Positions 7,222 to 14,984 of a stretch of 45,182 nucleotides of DNA are shown here, piece by piece. The DNA lies in the NCBI GenBank assembly GCA_002314565.1, contig DCGL01000116.1, positions 1 to 45,182 of the forward strand. The letters run 5' to 3'. Each line of letters starts with the position of its first letter. The stretch's first letter is position 1. Source of the stretch: Clostridiales bacterium UBA1779. Its GTDB lineage: Bacteria; Bacillota; Clostridia; Oscillospirales; CAG-272. The notes under the pieces were generated by a model, which made no database searches, was not told the origin of the DNA, and worked only from the letters and a program-made list of their open reading frames with translations. The translations under genes and the position numbers were made by a program.

Positions 7222-8838
7222 ATGCCGAAAAACGCAAAGTCAAAGCTGATAGCGGCCGGAATTACGCTGTTGCTTTCATTTCTGCTGATGACCGGTACGA
7301 CCCTGGCTTGGTATACGATTTCAGTCAACCCCGAAATTTCCGGAATCACAATGTCGATAGCGGCTTTTGAAACCATACTGATAGCACGTGACGACAAGAA
7401 TGTTGAGGATCCTCACGACCTTGACTTTAAAGAAACGGTTGACATCAGTGACATAATGGTGTATTACAACGATCTGACCCCCGTTTCAACCGTCAACCTT
7501 CAGCAATGGTTCATTCCGACCTATGCCAGGGACGGAAAACCCAACGAGCCTGATAAGTTCATTATGGACGACAAGCTTGAATATGCCAACCGTCTGATGG
7601 TGGAAACGGATTCCGGCGGAATAGTATATCAGGTAACAACGAACCCCGAAAGCTCCTCTTCAATCACAATCTCATCGGCAATACCGCTGACTGGGCTTGA
7701 ATTGCTTGAAGCGGAAAAGAAAGGTTATTACGTCTATACGGACGTCTGGCTCAAGTCAACCGCCAAAGACGGTTCCGACGTAAGACTTTCATTTCCTCAG
7801 TATTCCATTGACAAAGCAAGCGCAGCCAACGAAATGGGCGGATTCTTCGGAACGTACGTTCTTCCTCAGATTTCACTCACGGTAGCTGACGACCACAGCG
7901 AATTTATCAAGTCCGTCAGCCGTAACGCCGAAACCTCTCTTCGGATAGGATTTCAGATATACGGGAACGGAATCGGATCCGGAGCAACGGACTATTACAT
8001 ATTTGAACCCAATGCAGACAGACACAGCGCAGATAACAAGCCCGACGGTGACGGAGAATACGTTGTTGGTTATGACGTGAATTCCTCGGCATATTCCGGT
8101 ACCTCAGCCTATGTCGACGGAGTATACATTCCGACTCAGCCGATAGGCTACGATTTCACCAAAGACAATGTTGAACCCATACCTCAGTATGATGAAAACG
8201 GATACCCGATATACCTCTATACCAAGGTCACAGATCCCGACTTGTTTGAAACTGTGACGTCCGGCCTGACCTTCTACATAGAGAAGGCGGGGACATATGA
8301 CGGATACACAATGGTTTCAAGAGCTCAGGCAAAAACCAAATACAGTGAAGGAACCGACGTGTTTACCAGAGAGCAAAAAACCGAAATGGGGAACGTACAT
8401 CACGCGTTTGCAATGGATCTTGACCCTGACCGTCTTATAGTCCAGATGGCAGGAGCCTGGAACACGGAAGCAGCGGGAACCCGTGAAAAGCTGAGAACAC
8501 AGACTTCGCTTAACTCAACGGATATCCTGAATTTCGGAAGCTTCGTTAACACAGGCCTGCTTTACGGCAAGCTGGCCGCCCTCAAAGAAGCAGGCGGAAG
8601 CGGAAAATTCTGCACGGTAAACGCAAGCAGCTATTATTCCGTATGTACTGCCCTGGAACCCGAAACGGACGAGCATTTCGTCATTTCCGGGGATAATACA
8701 TCACAAGTGCTTCTGCATCTCAATTACGATGAACCCGTAAAGGTCCGGCTCTTCTTCTGGGTCGAAGGACAGGATGCGGATTGCTGGAATGACATTGCCT
8801 CAGGCAGTTTCAGAGTAAATATAGAATTTGCCGGTTAA
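7222..8838 (+). CDS. Group-A SipW-cognate-type secreted protein 4 (largest paralog, TasA/camelysin-like candidate)
   Basis: An SD (GAAGGGGGG) lies upstream. The leader is KSKLIAAGITLLLSFLLMTGTTLA followed by WYTISVNPEISGI, close to the TISTNPEISDI of 4753-5853. The C-terminal motif is LFFWVEGQDADCWN (8750-8791). It also has YYIFEPNADRHS. Confidence 0.8.
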   Translation: MPKNAKSKLIAAGITLLLSFLLMTGTTLAWYTISVNPEISGITMSIAAFETILIARDDKNVEDPHDLDFKETVDISDIMVYYNDLTPVSTVNLQQWFIPTYARDGKPNEPDKFIMDDKLEYANRLMVETDSGGIVYQVTTNPESSSSITISSAIPLTGLELLEAEKKGYYVYTDVWLKSTAKDGSDVRLSFPQYSIDKASAANEMGGFFGTYVLPQISLTVADDHSEFIKSVSRNAETSLRIGFQIYGNGIGSGATDYYIFEPNADRHSADNKPDGDGEYVVGYDVNSSAYSGTSAYVDGVYIPTQPIGYDFTKDNVEPIPQYDENGYPIYLYTKVTDPDLFETVTSGLTFYIEKAGTYDGYTMVSRAQAKTKYSEGTDVFTREQKTEMGNVHHAFAMDLDPDRLIVQMAGAWNTEAAGTREKLRTQTSLNSTDILNFGSFVNTGLLYGKLAALKEAGGSGKFCTVNASSYYSVCTALEPETDEHFVISGDNTSQVLLHLNYDEPVKVRLFFWVEGQDADCWNDIASGSFRVNIEFAG

Positions 8839-8915
8839 ACGTAGACGGCCACGAAAAAACGACAAGAAAAAACGATAATAAGTTAAATATAAATTCGTAT
8901 GAAAGGTGTTTTCAA

Positions 8916-9641
8916 ATGAACACAACAACCGAAAAAAACAAGAACAGTAAATCCGGAAAAGTGGGCAACATCATCGTTGACGTCATCCTTGTGCTTGCAA
9001 TTGCATTCTTTGCCGTCGTCGGATATTCTGCCTTTACGGCTCAGACCGGCGAGAGCGTTCCGAATTTCCTCGGCTTGAATATGTCAAAGGTACTGACAAA
9101 TTCAATGGAGCCCGAATTCTCAGCAGGCGATATGATTTTCAGCCGTACCGTAAAAGACGCTTCAAAGCTAAAGGTAGGGGACGTCATTTCATTCTGGACG
9201 GTAATCAACGGTGAAAAGGTTATCAATACCCATAGAATCGTTGAAGTTCTTGACGGAGGAACATTCAGATCTTTCACCACAAAGGGTGACGCGAATCCTG
9301 TAAACGATACGCTGACCGTTCATGAGAACAGCGTTATCGGTAAATACAGCTTCCATATCAGCGGCCTGGGCACTGCATTTGACTATCTGCAGACCTCGCA
9401 GGGCTTTCTGATTGTCATCGTTATCCCGGTGGCTGTGTTCTTCCTCTGGCAATTGATTCAGTTCTTCAGAGCGCTCTTTGCATATCAGGCCGAAAAAGTA
9501 AAACTTGCGTATGCGGCAGAGCACGGAATCAGAGTACCGACAGAAGACGAAGAAGGCTCGGGAAAAAGCGGCTCTGAACAAAAAAACGCTGTCGCAGACG
9601 GGGACGGAAATCCCGGAAAAGACACGGAAAAAACTGACTGA
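8916..9641 (+). CDS. sipW: Signal peptidase I, archaeal/ER type (SipW-like), with C-terminal charged tail
   Basis: It has an N-terminal TM (IIVDVILVLAIAFFAVVGY), the catalytic Ser box LTNSMEPEF, the His box NTHRIVEV, TTKGDANPVND, and a second TM (FLIVIVIPVAVFFLWQLIQFF). An acidic tail of about 57 aa follows. SD: GAAAGGTG. Confidence 0.85.
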   Translation: MNTTTEKNKNSKSGKVGNIIVDVILVLAIAFFAVVGYSAFTAQTGESVPNFLGLNMSKVLTNSMEPEFSAGDMIFSRTVKDASKLKVGDVISFWTVINGEKVINTHRIVEVLDGGTFRSFTTKGDANPVNDTLTVHENSVIGKYSFHISGLGTAFDYLQTSQGFLIVIVIPVAVFFLWQLIQFFRALFAYQAEKVKLAYAAEHGIRVPTEDEEGSGKSGSEQKNAVADGDGNPGKDTEKTD

Positions 9642-9846
9642 TATCAAAAGAGCCGGCAGGAAGGTCCGAAAAGGAGTCCTGTCCGTTTCGCATATTCAGG
9701 CTGTTTGGTTTTTTGATTGTTTCTGCAGAAATCAGGCGGAATAATCACTGAACAGTGTATTGCTATGCCGTGAGCAGACGAAAAAACACGGGAAAGCGAA
9801 AAATCAAGAAGAAAAACCCGGTGAGTGAACCGGGGTGGAGAAAAAC

Positions 9847-11478
9847 ATGGGCGGTTTTCTGAATTACTTTTACCAGGATTTCGGTTTGATTCTTAAATCA
9901 TTCTGGCAGATATTCGTGGATATTTTCAATTTCCTGAATACTCTGCTGAACTTCCCGGCAAGAATGAGAACAATACAGGCCTATTCCGAGGAATTTGACC
10001 TGCCGAGCTGGATACTCGTCGCAGTGGTCAATCTGCTGCTGATTGCACTGATAGTATTCGTAATTTTCCTGATTGCAAAGGGCGTTGCAAAATTGCTGAA
10101 ATTCCGCGCTCCTGCAAAGGAAAACGAGGAGCTGAAGGCAGAACTGGCAAAACTGAAGAGAGATATGTTCAAGCTCAGCTATGAGAAGGACAAGATTCTG
10201 GCGATGAAGATATCCCAGATGGGCTTTGTCCCCGAAGATGAGCTGCTCAGCATTGAGAACGAAGCAACCCGTGTTCTCGGTGAGGACGGAACTGTCAGAA
10301 ATGCAGAAAGCGAAGCCGAGGGTGAAGAAGAGAAAGCGGATCACGTTGACCTCGGAAACAGAAATACCTTCGACGGTCCTCCCATCAATCCGAGCGAAAG
10401 CCGATTCTTCAGACTTACGACTGTTGATAACTATTATAAGACCAATTTCCAGCCTCCTGTATACGATGATGCAATCACGCTTCCGGAATTCTGCGACAGA
10501 TACCGCAATTTTGCAAGTTCAAGACTGCGTCTGTTCTATGATATCAGTACCTTGAGATTCTTCGTTGCATCACTGGCTGCAACAAGACTTATCATTCTTC
10601 AGGGTATTTCCGGTACAGGTAAAACCTCACTGCCGTATTCATTCGGTAAGTACCTGATGCACGACACCACAATCTGCGCCGTACAGCCTGCGTGGCGTGA
10701 CCGTACCGAGCTTTTCGGTTACTTCAACGAATTTACCAAGATGTTCAACGAAACGGACTTCTTACGTGCGGTTTATGAAGCAAATATGTTTGCCGATCCC
10801 CACGTAATCGTTCTCGATGAAATGAACATCGCCCGAGTTGAGTATTATTTCGCCGAAATGCTTTCAGTCCTCGAAATGCCGAGACCTGAAGAATGGCTTG
10901 TCGATATCGTAACCACAACCTGGGACAATGACCCCTGCCTCATTTCAGGCGGTAAAATCCACGTAAACAAGAACACATGGTTCGTCGGAACCATCAACAA
11001 CGATGACTCGACCTTCGCCGTCGCCGATAAGGTTTACGACCGTGCAATTCCTATCGACCTTGACTCAAAGGCCGCAGCCTTCGCAGCTCCCGACACAGAA
11101 CCCGTACATATCACAGCCGACCATCTGTGCGAGATGTTCACAGAAGGCCAGAAGCTTTATCCTCTTTCCGAGGACAATATGAAGAAACTCGACGAAATGG
11201 ATCTTTACGTTATCAAGCATTTCCGTCTTGCGTTCGGAAACCGTATTATGAGACAGCTCAGACTCTTCGTTCCTGCTTATGTTGCCTGCGGTGGAACGGA
11301 AATCGATGCGCTTGACTTTATAGTAGCCAAGAAGATTCTTCGTAAGTTTGAATCACTCAATATGGGCTTTATAAAGGATGAACTTCACAAGTTCGTTCTT
11401 TACCTCGATAAATCCTTCGGAAAACAGAACTTCCAGATTTGCAAGGAATACCTCAACCGTATGCAGAAAATGTCATAA
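9847..11478 (+). CDS. Membrane-anchored McrB-family AAA+ NTPase
   Basis: The N-terminus has hydrophobic segments (FGLILKSFWQIFVDIFNFLNTLL and WILVAVVNLLLIALIVFVIFLIA) followed by a short coiled coil (ENEELKAELAKLKRDMFKL). Walker A is GISGTGKTS. The Walker B region with McrB-type continuation is VIVLDEMNIARVEYYFAEMLSVLE, and FVGTINNDDSTFAVADKVYDRA matches McrB GTMNTADRS...D.A..RR. I prefer ATG 9847 (GGTGGAG 6 nt upstream) over the track's GTG 9835. Confidence 0.8.
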   Translation: MGGFLNYFYQDFGLILKSFWQIFVDIFNFLNTLLNFPARMRTIQAYSEEFDLPSWILVAVVNLLLIALIVFVIFLIAKGVAKLLKFRAPAKENEELKAELAKLKRDMFKLSYEKDKILAMKISQMGFVPEDELLSIENEATRVLGEDGTVRNAESEAEGEEEKADHVDLGNRNTFDGPPINPSESRFFRLTTVDNYYKTNFQPPVYDDAITLPEFCDRYRNFASSRLRLFYDISTLRFFVASLAATRLIILQGISGTGKTSLPYSFGKYLMHDTTICAVQPAWRDRTELFGYFNEFTKMFNETDFLRAVYEANMFADPHVIVLDEMNIARVEYYFAEMLSVLEMPRPEEWLVDIVTTTWDNDPCLISGGKIHVNKNTWFVGTINNDDSTFAVADKVYDRAIPIDLDSKAAAFAAPDTEPVHITADHLCEMFTEGQKLYPLSEDNMKKLDEMDLYVIKHFRLAFGNRIMRQLRLFVPAYVACGGTEIDALDFIVAKKILRKFESLNMGFIKDELHKFVLYLDKSFGKQNFQICKEYLNRMQKMS

Positions 11479-11499
11479 ACGGATCAGGAGTACAGAAAA

Positions 11500-13953
11500 G
11501 TGGCAGAAAAGAAGAAATCCGGCAAAAAGGAAAAGAAGAACGAGAAAATCGGTCTTATCGATCCCTTTTACAAAAAATACGTCAGCAGCGTAATAAAAAC
11601 TCTCAGCTCGGACGAATACTACAAGTATTTTTTGCAGGTCGTCAAGTCTGGAAAAAATGAATATAAGTTTTCAAACCGTCAGGTTGAGAAAACAGTTGAC
11701 GAAACGTGGGTAAATGCCGTTGAGTCAGTTATCAAGCCCATGCAGGAAATTATCAACAACCCCCGAAACTTCATTGTCCGTGAGCAGATTATCGTAAACG
11801 TTGCTCTGGCAAAAAAAGTTGAAGCGGAGACGATACGTCATCTTTGCAGCCACGGTGATATGATTGATGAGGTCAACGGCGATAATGTAAGACCGAACCG
11901 TCTTCTTGAAATCACAAAAGAAGACTCAATCAACACCTATGAAAACCGTTTTGTCTACACTCTGCTTGAAATGGCATGGGAATTCGTTGATATGAGATAC
12001 GAGGCAATTTTCGCTTCAATGGGTGAAGAATTCGGTTCTCACCTGAATATCAAGAGCGACAGCTTCGGTTATCTTGAAACCGTCAAGGCAGAGATGGATA
12101 TCAAAATCCAGCAGAACGAGGAACAGCTGTCTGCCGATGCGAAAAGCGAGGATATCTTTTCACGAATTTCAAGAATTCACAGAAACCTCGCAGCCTTCCG
12201 CTCAACCCCATACGCAAAGCAGATGTCGAAGTACGGCAAAGTTAAGGCTCCTATCGTTAAAACGAACGCCATCAAGAAAAACCCGAACTTCAAAGCCTGT
12301 CATAAGCTCTGGGACTTTATTATTGCATACAATGACGTAGGATACAAAATTGAAGTCAGAGAGCAGTCAAACGAGCTCGATGACGTCTTCCTCAAGGATA
12401 TGTACAACTCAATCCTGTACAATTATATGATTCTCAAACATCACCTTGAAGAAGAAAGAGACAGACTGATTGATTATTCAAAACCCGTAAAGAAAAAAGA
12501 AACGGTACCGAAATTCATCAATCAGGTAATTGAAGAACCCGTCGAAGACTACAATCTTCCGGATGTTGAAGTTAAGAGAGTCCTTATTGAGGAAGTGACA
12601 AAGGCAGACCTTATGAAGCTTGAAGAAGAGGAACGCCGCCGTCTCGTTGCCGAAAAAGAAAAGGAACTTCAGGAACGCAAAAAGGAAGAAGAACGCCTGC
12701 GCAAGCTTGCCGAAGCAGCAAGACGCGCCGAAGAGGAACGCCTCGAAAAAGAAAGAATCAAAGAAGAAAAACGACTCGAGCGCGAGAGAAGAGCGGAAGC
12801 CCTTGCAGCCGAGAGGGAAGCATACAGAAAAGCCGAAGAGGCAGAGGACTTCCTTACCGGTCTGACTGCCGCGCTTGAACTTGAAGAGAAAAACCGCGAA
12901 AAATACGTTGCAAAGCTTGCCGAAGCAAAGCGCCTTGCGGCTATTAGAGCCGAAAAAGAAGAAAAAGAGCGCATAGCAGCCGAAAAGAAGGAAGCTGCCA
13001 GACTTACTGCTCTTGAAAAAGCGGAACAGGACAGAATCAAGGCGGAACGTAAAGCAGAAGAAGACCGTAAGGCAGCAGAGCTTGCCGAGGCACAGAAGAA
13101 AGCCGACGAGGCAAGAATCATTTCAGAACAGGCCGAAGCCGAGAGACTTATCGCAGAGAAACGCGATGAACTTGATAAGCTGGAAGCCGAGATGAAGATA
13201 ATTGCCGAAGAAGCCGCAAAGAAAAAAGCGGAAGCGGAAGCTGCAGAGGAAAAACTCAATGCAGCACGTGCCGAAGCCGAGAAGCTTGCAGGCGAAGCCG
13301 CCGAAAAGGCAGAAGAAATCAGGCGTGAAACCGAAGGCTTCAAAGCCGAAGCCAAAGAAAAGCTTGAAAGTTCGATGGCTGCAAGAAATGCCGCCGAAAG
13401 CGAGCTTGCAGAAGCCGAAAAGACTGCAGAGGAACATAACAAAGCCAGACTCAATGCACAAAATGCAGCCAAGAAAGCAAAGGAAAAGGCCGAAGCTGAA
13501 ATACTTGCAAAAGAGAATGCCGACAAAGAGGCCGAAATTGCAGCAAAGAAGGCTGAAGAAGCAAGACTTGAAGCTGAGCGCCTGAGCACAGAAAGCAGCG
13601 ATGACCTTGAAAAGGCCAAAGCTGAGCTTGAAGACGCAAAGAAACGCGCCGAAGTCCTGCGTCAGGAAGCAAGACTTGCCGGGCTTGAAAAGGCAGCTGC
13701 ACTTAAAGCCGCAGCCGAAAAGGCAGCGGGAATCCGCAAACTTGACGAAGACAGCAGCAATATAGAAAAACAGAACAAAAAGCAGAAGAAAGCGGACAAG
13801 CTCAAAGAAAAGAGAGACCGCAAGCGTGCCATGGAAGCCGAGCAGCGTGAAAAACAGCTGCAGCGTACCCAGGAAGCCAAAGAAACACGCCAGAGAGAGC
13901 AGGAAGCTCTGATGGCTGCCGCACGCGAAGCTGCCAAAAAAGGCAAAAGATAA
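11500..13953 (+). CDS. McrC/DUF2357-like N-terminal domain protein with about 450-aa E/K/R/A-rich coiled-coil or single-alpha-helix tail; no nuclease motif seen
   Basis: The GTG start lies 9 nt after AGGAG and 21 nt after the AAA+ gene stop. The N-terminal 330 aa or so contain TYENRFVYTLLEMAWEF, which resembles the (T/D)xENRF motif of McrC/DUF2357-type partners of McrB. From about 12590 onward the sequence is continuous charged heptad-like, for example EEEERRRLVAEKEKELQERKKEEERLRKLAEAARRAEEERLEKERIKEEKRLERERRAEA. I could not find a PD-(D/E)xK pattern. Confidence 0.7.
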   Translation: MAEKKKSGKKEKKNEKIGLIDPFYKKYVSSVIKTLSSDEYYKYFLQVVKSGKNEYKFSNRQVEKTVDETWVNAVESVIKPMQEIINNPRNFIVREQIIVNVALAKKVEAETIRHLCSHGDMIDEVNGDNVRPNRLLEITKEDSINTYENRFVYTLLEMAWEFVDMRYEAIFASMGEEFGSHLNIKSDSFGYLETVKAEMDIKIQQNEEQLSADAKSEDIFSRISRIHRNLAAFRSTPYAKQMSKYGKVKAPIVKTNAIKKNPNFKACHKLWDFIIAYNDVGYKIEVREQSNELDDVFLKDMYNSILYNYMILKHHLEEERDRLIDYSKPVKKKETVPKFINQVIEEPVEDYNLPDVEVKRVLIEEVTKADLMKLEEEERRRLVAEKEKELQERKKEEERLRKLAEAARRAEEERLEKERIKEEKRLERERRAEALAAEREAYRKAEEAEDFLTGLTAALELEEKNREKYVAKLAEAKRLAAIRAEKEEKERIAAEKKEAARLTALEKAEQDRIKAERKAEEDRKAAELAEAQKKADEARIISEQAEAERLIAEKRDELDKLEAEMKIIAEEAAKKKAEAEAAEEKLNAARAEAEKLAGEAAEKAEEIRRETEGFKAEAKEKLESSMAARNAAESELAEAEKTAEEHNKARLNAQNAAKKAKEKAEAEILAKENADKEAEIAAKKAEEARLEAERLSTESSDDLEKAKAELEDAKKRAEVLRQEARLAGLEKAAALKAAAEKAAGIRKLDEDSSNIEKQNKKQKKADKLKEKRDRKRAMEAEQREKQLQRTQEAKETRQREQEALMAAAREAAKKGKR

Positions 13954-13963
13954 AGAGTATCAG

Positions 13964-14060
13964 GGATGACACGTGGACGGTTCTTCTGTCATCCGAGACC
14001 TCATCCGTCACGGCTATGCCGTGCCACCTATCTTCGTGGGGGTGGCAAGATGACAGAGGA
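13964..14060 (+). promoter_or_regulatory. Candidate structured RNA element with mutually exclusive pairings (between the coiled-coil gene and the second sipW-like gene)
   Basis: GGATGACA (13964-13971) pairs with TGTCATCC (13987-13994). The overlapping segment TTCTTCTGTCATC (13982-13993 region) can instead pair with GATGACAGAGGA (14049-14060; 9 Watson-Crick pairs plus extension). That alternative helix encloses two local hairpins: CACGGC-TAT-GCCGTG (14009-14023) and GCCACC...GGTGGC (14023-14046). Confidence 0.3.
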
Positions 14061-14156
14061 TAATACAACTTTGTCGGGGACTGCAATCATCTGAAAAACA
14101 AATCAGGACAGACACACTGAGAAAACGGGAAACCGGAGCACCGGAGATACATTGCA

Positions 14157-14984
14157 TTGAAACGCAGGACAGTCAAAAAAATAATATCGGCCGCAGTGAC
14201 TGTACTGCTTATATGCGCAACGGTGCTGTGCTTGTCCGCAATAATAGGAAGCTTGCTCAATGACGACCCTTCCGTTTTCGGATTCCGTGCATTTTACGTA
14301 CTCAGCGGAAGTATGGAGCCAACAATTCACGAAAGTGCTCTGGTGCTTGTAAAACGCTCGTCTGTCTATGAAATCGGTGACGTGATTACGTTCACGTCGA
14401 AGAATCCCGAAATATCCGGGGCTCCGAACACGCACAGAATCGTTGAGATTATTCAGAACGGAAAGAAAACGGAGTATATCACAAAGGGCGATGCAAATCC
14501 GACACCGGATGAAGAGCACGTTCTGGACTCCGAAATAATCGGACGTGTTGTATTCCATACCGGAGCCGTTGAATGGCTCGGAAGCTTTCTGGAATTTCTA
14601 ATGACAACCAAGGGATTTATGCTTATTGTGGTAATCCCGATTGTGGCAATCGTAATTTCCTGTCTCAGAGATTACGTCAAGGCTTACAAGGAAGCACTTC
14701 AGAAGGTACGCGAAGAGTATGAAAAACAATTGGCAGGGCAGTCTGCCAATGCTGAAAAAAACACGGATAATTTCAAAAACGAAAAAATCCCCGCAACAAC
14801 AGAAAACACTGAAGCTGCAGTCACAGAAATGCAGTATAATAACAAAAATACGGTCGGAAAACCCAAATCCGACACACAAGAAACCGACGCCCCGCAGTCT
14901 GAAGGAATGACGGGAAATAAAAAAGCCGATGGCAGAGAGGCCGGAAGCTCTGACGGAAAGGAATCGAACCATGAAGGACATTAA
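14157..14984 (+). CDS. sipW: Signal peptidase I, archaeal/ER type (SipW-like), with long C-terminal tail
   Basis: The start is TTG, 10 nt after GGAG. It has an N-terminal TM (IISAAVTVLLICATVLCLSAII), the Ser box VLSGSMEPTI, the His box NTHRIVEI, ITKGDANPTPDE, and a second TM (FMLIVVIPIVAIVISCL). A polar tail of about 107 aa follows. The 3' end overlaps the next gene by 14 nt. Confidence 0.85.
   Translation: MKRRTVKKIISAAVTVLLICATVLCLSAIIGSLLNDDPSVFGFRAFYVLSGSMEPTIHESALVLVKRSSVYEIGDVITFTSKNPEISGAPNTHRIVEIIQNGKKTEYITKGDANPTPDEEHVLDSEIIGRVVFHTGAVEWLGSFLEFLMTTKGFMLIVVIPIVAIVISCLRDYVKAYKEALQKVREEYEKQLAGQSANAEKNTDNFKNEKIPATTENTEAAVTEMQYNNKNTVGKPKSDTQETDAPQSEGMTGNKKADGREAGSSDGKESNHEGH

Noticed and set aside
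9642-9846. Rho-independent terminator after the first sipW-like gene (T-run GGTTTTTT at 9708-9715; stem CCCGGT/ACCGGG at 9816-9834)
   Set aside because: The T-run is not preceded by a convincing stem. The imperfect CAGGA...TCCTG hairpin at about 9656-9682 has no U-tail. The 6-bp stem next to the SD of the AAA+ gene is too weak to call without folding calculations.
12669-13619. 316-aa Ser/Ala/Phe-rich ORF on the minus strand, plus several K/R/P-rich + strand ORFs in other frames (12620-12865, 13013-13195, 13202-13585)
   Set aside because: These are mirror or shifted readings of the GAA/GCN/AAG/CGN-rich coiled-coil coding sequence, whose reverse complement gives TTC/NGC/CTT. The composition is artefactual and there are no independent translation signals.
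9847-13953. Classical McrBC type IV restriction system
   Set aside because: The McrB-like protein has TM segments in place of a DNA-binding N-domain. The partner shows no PD-(D/E)xK nuclease pattern on inspection and ends in a coiled coil of about 450 aa. No methyltransferase or other defence genes are nearby. It is kept as a finding rather than annotated as a restriction system.
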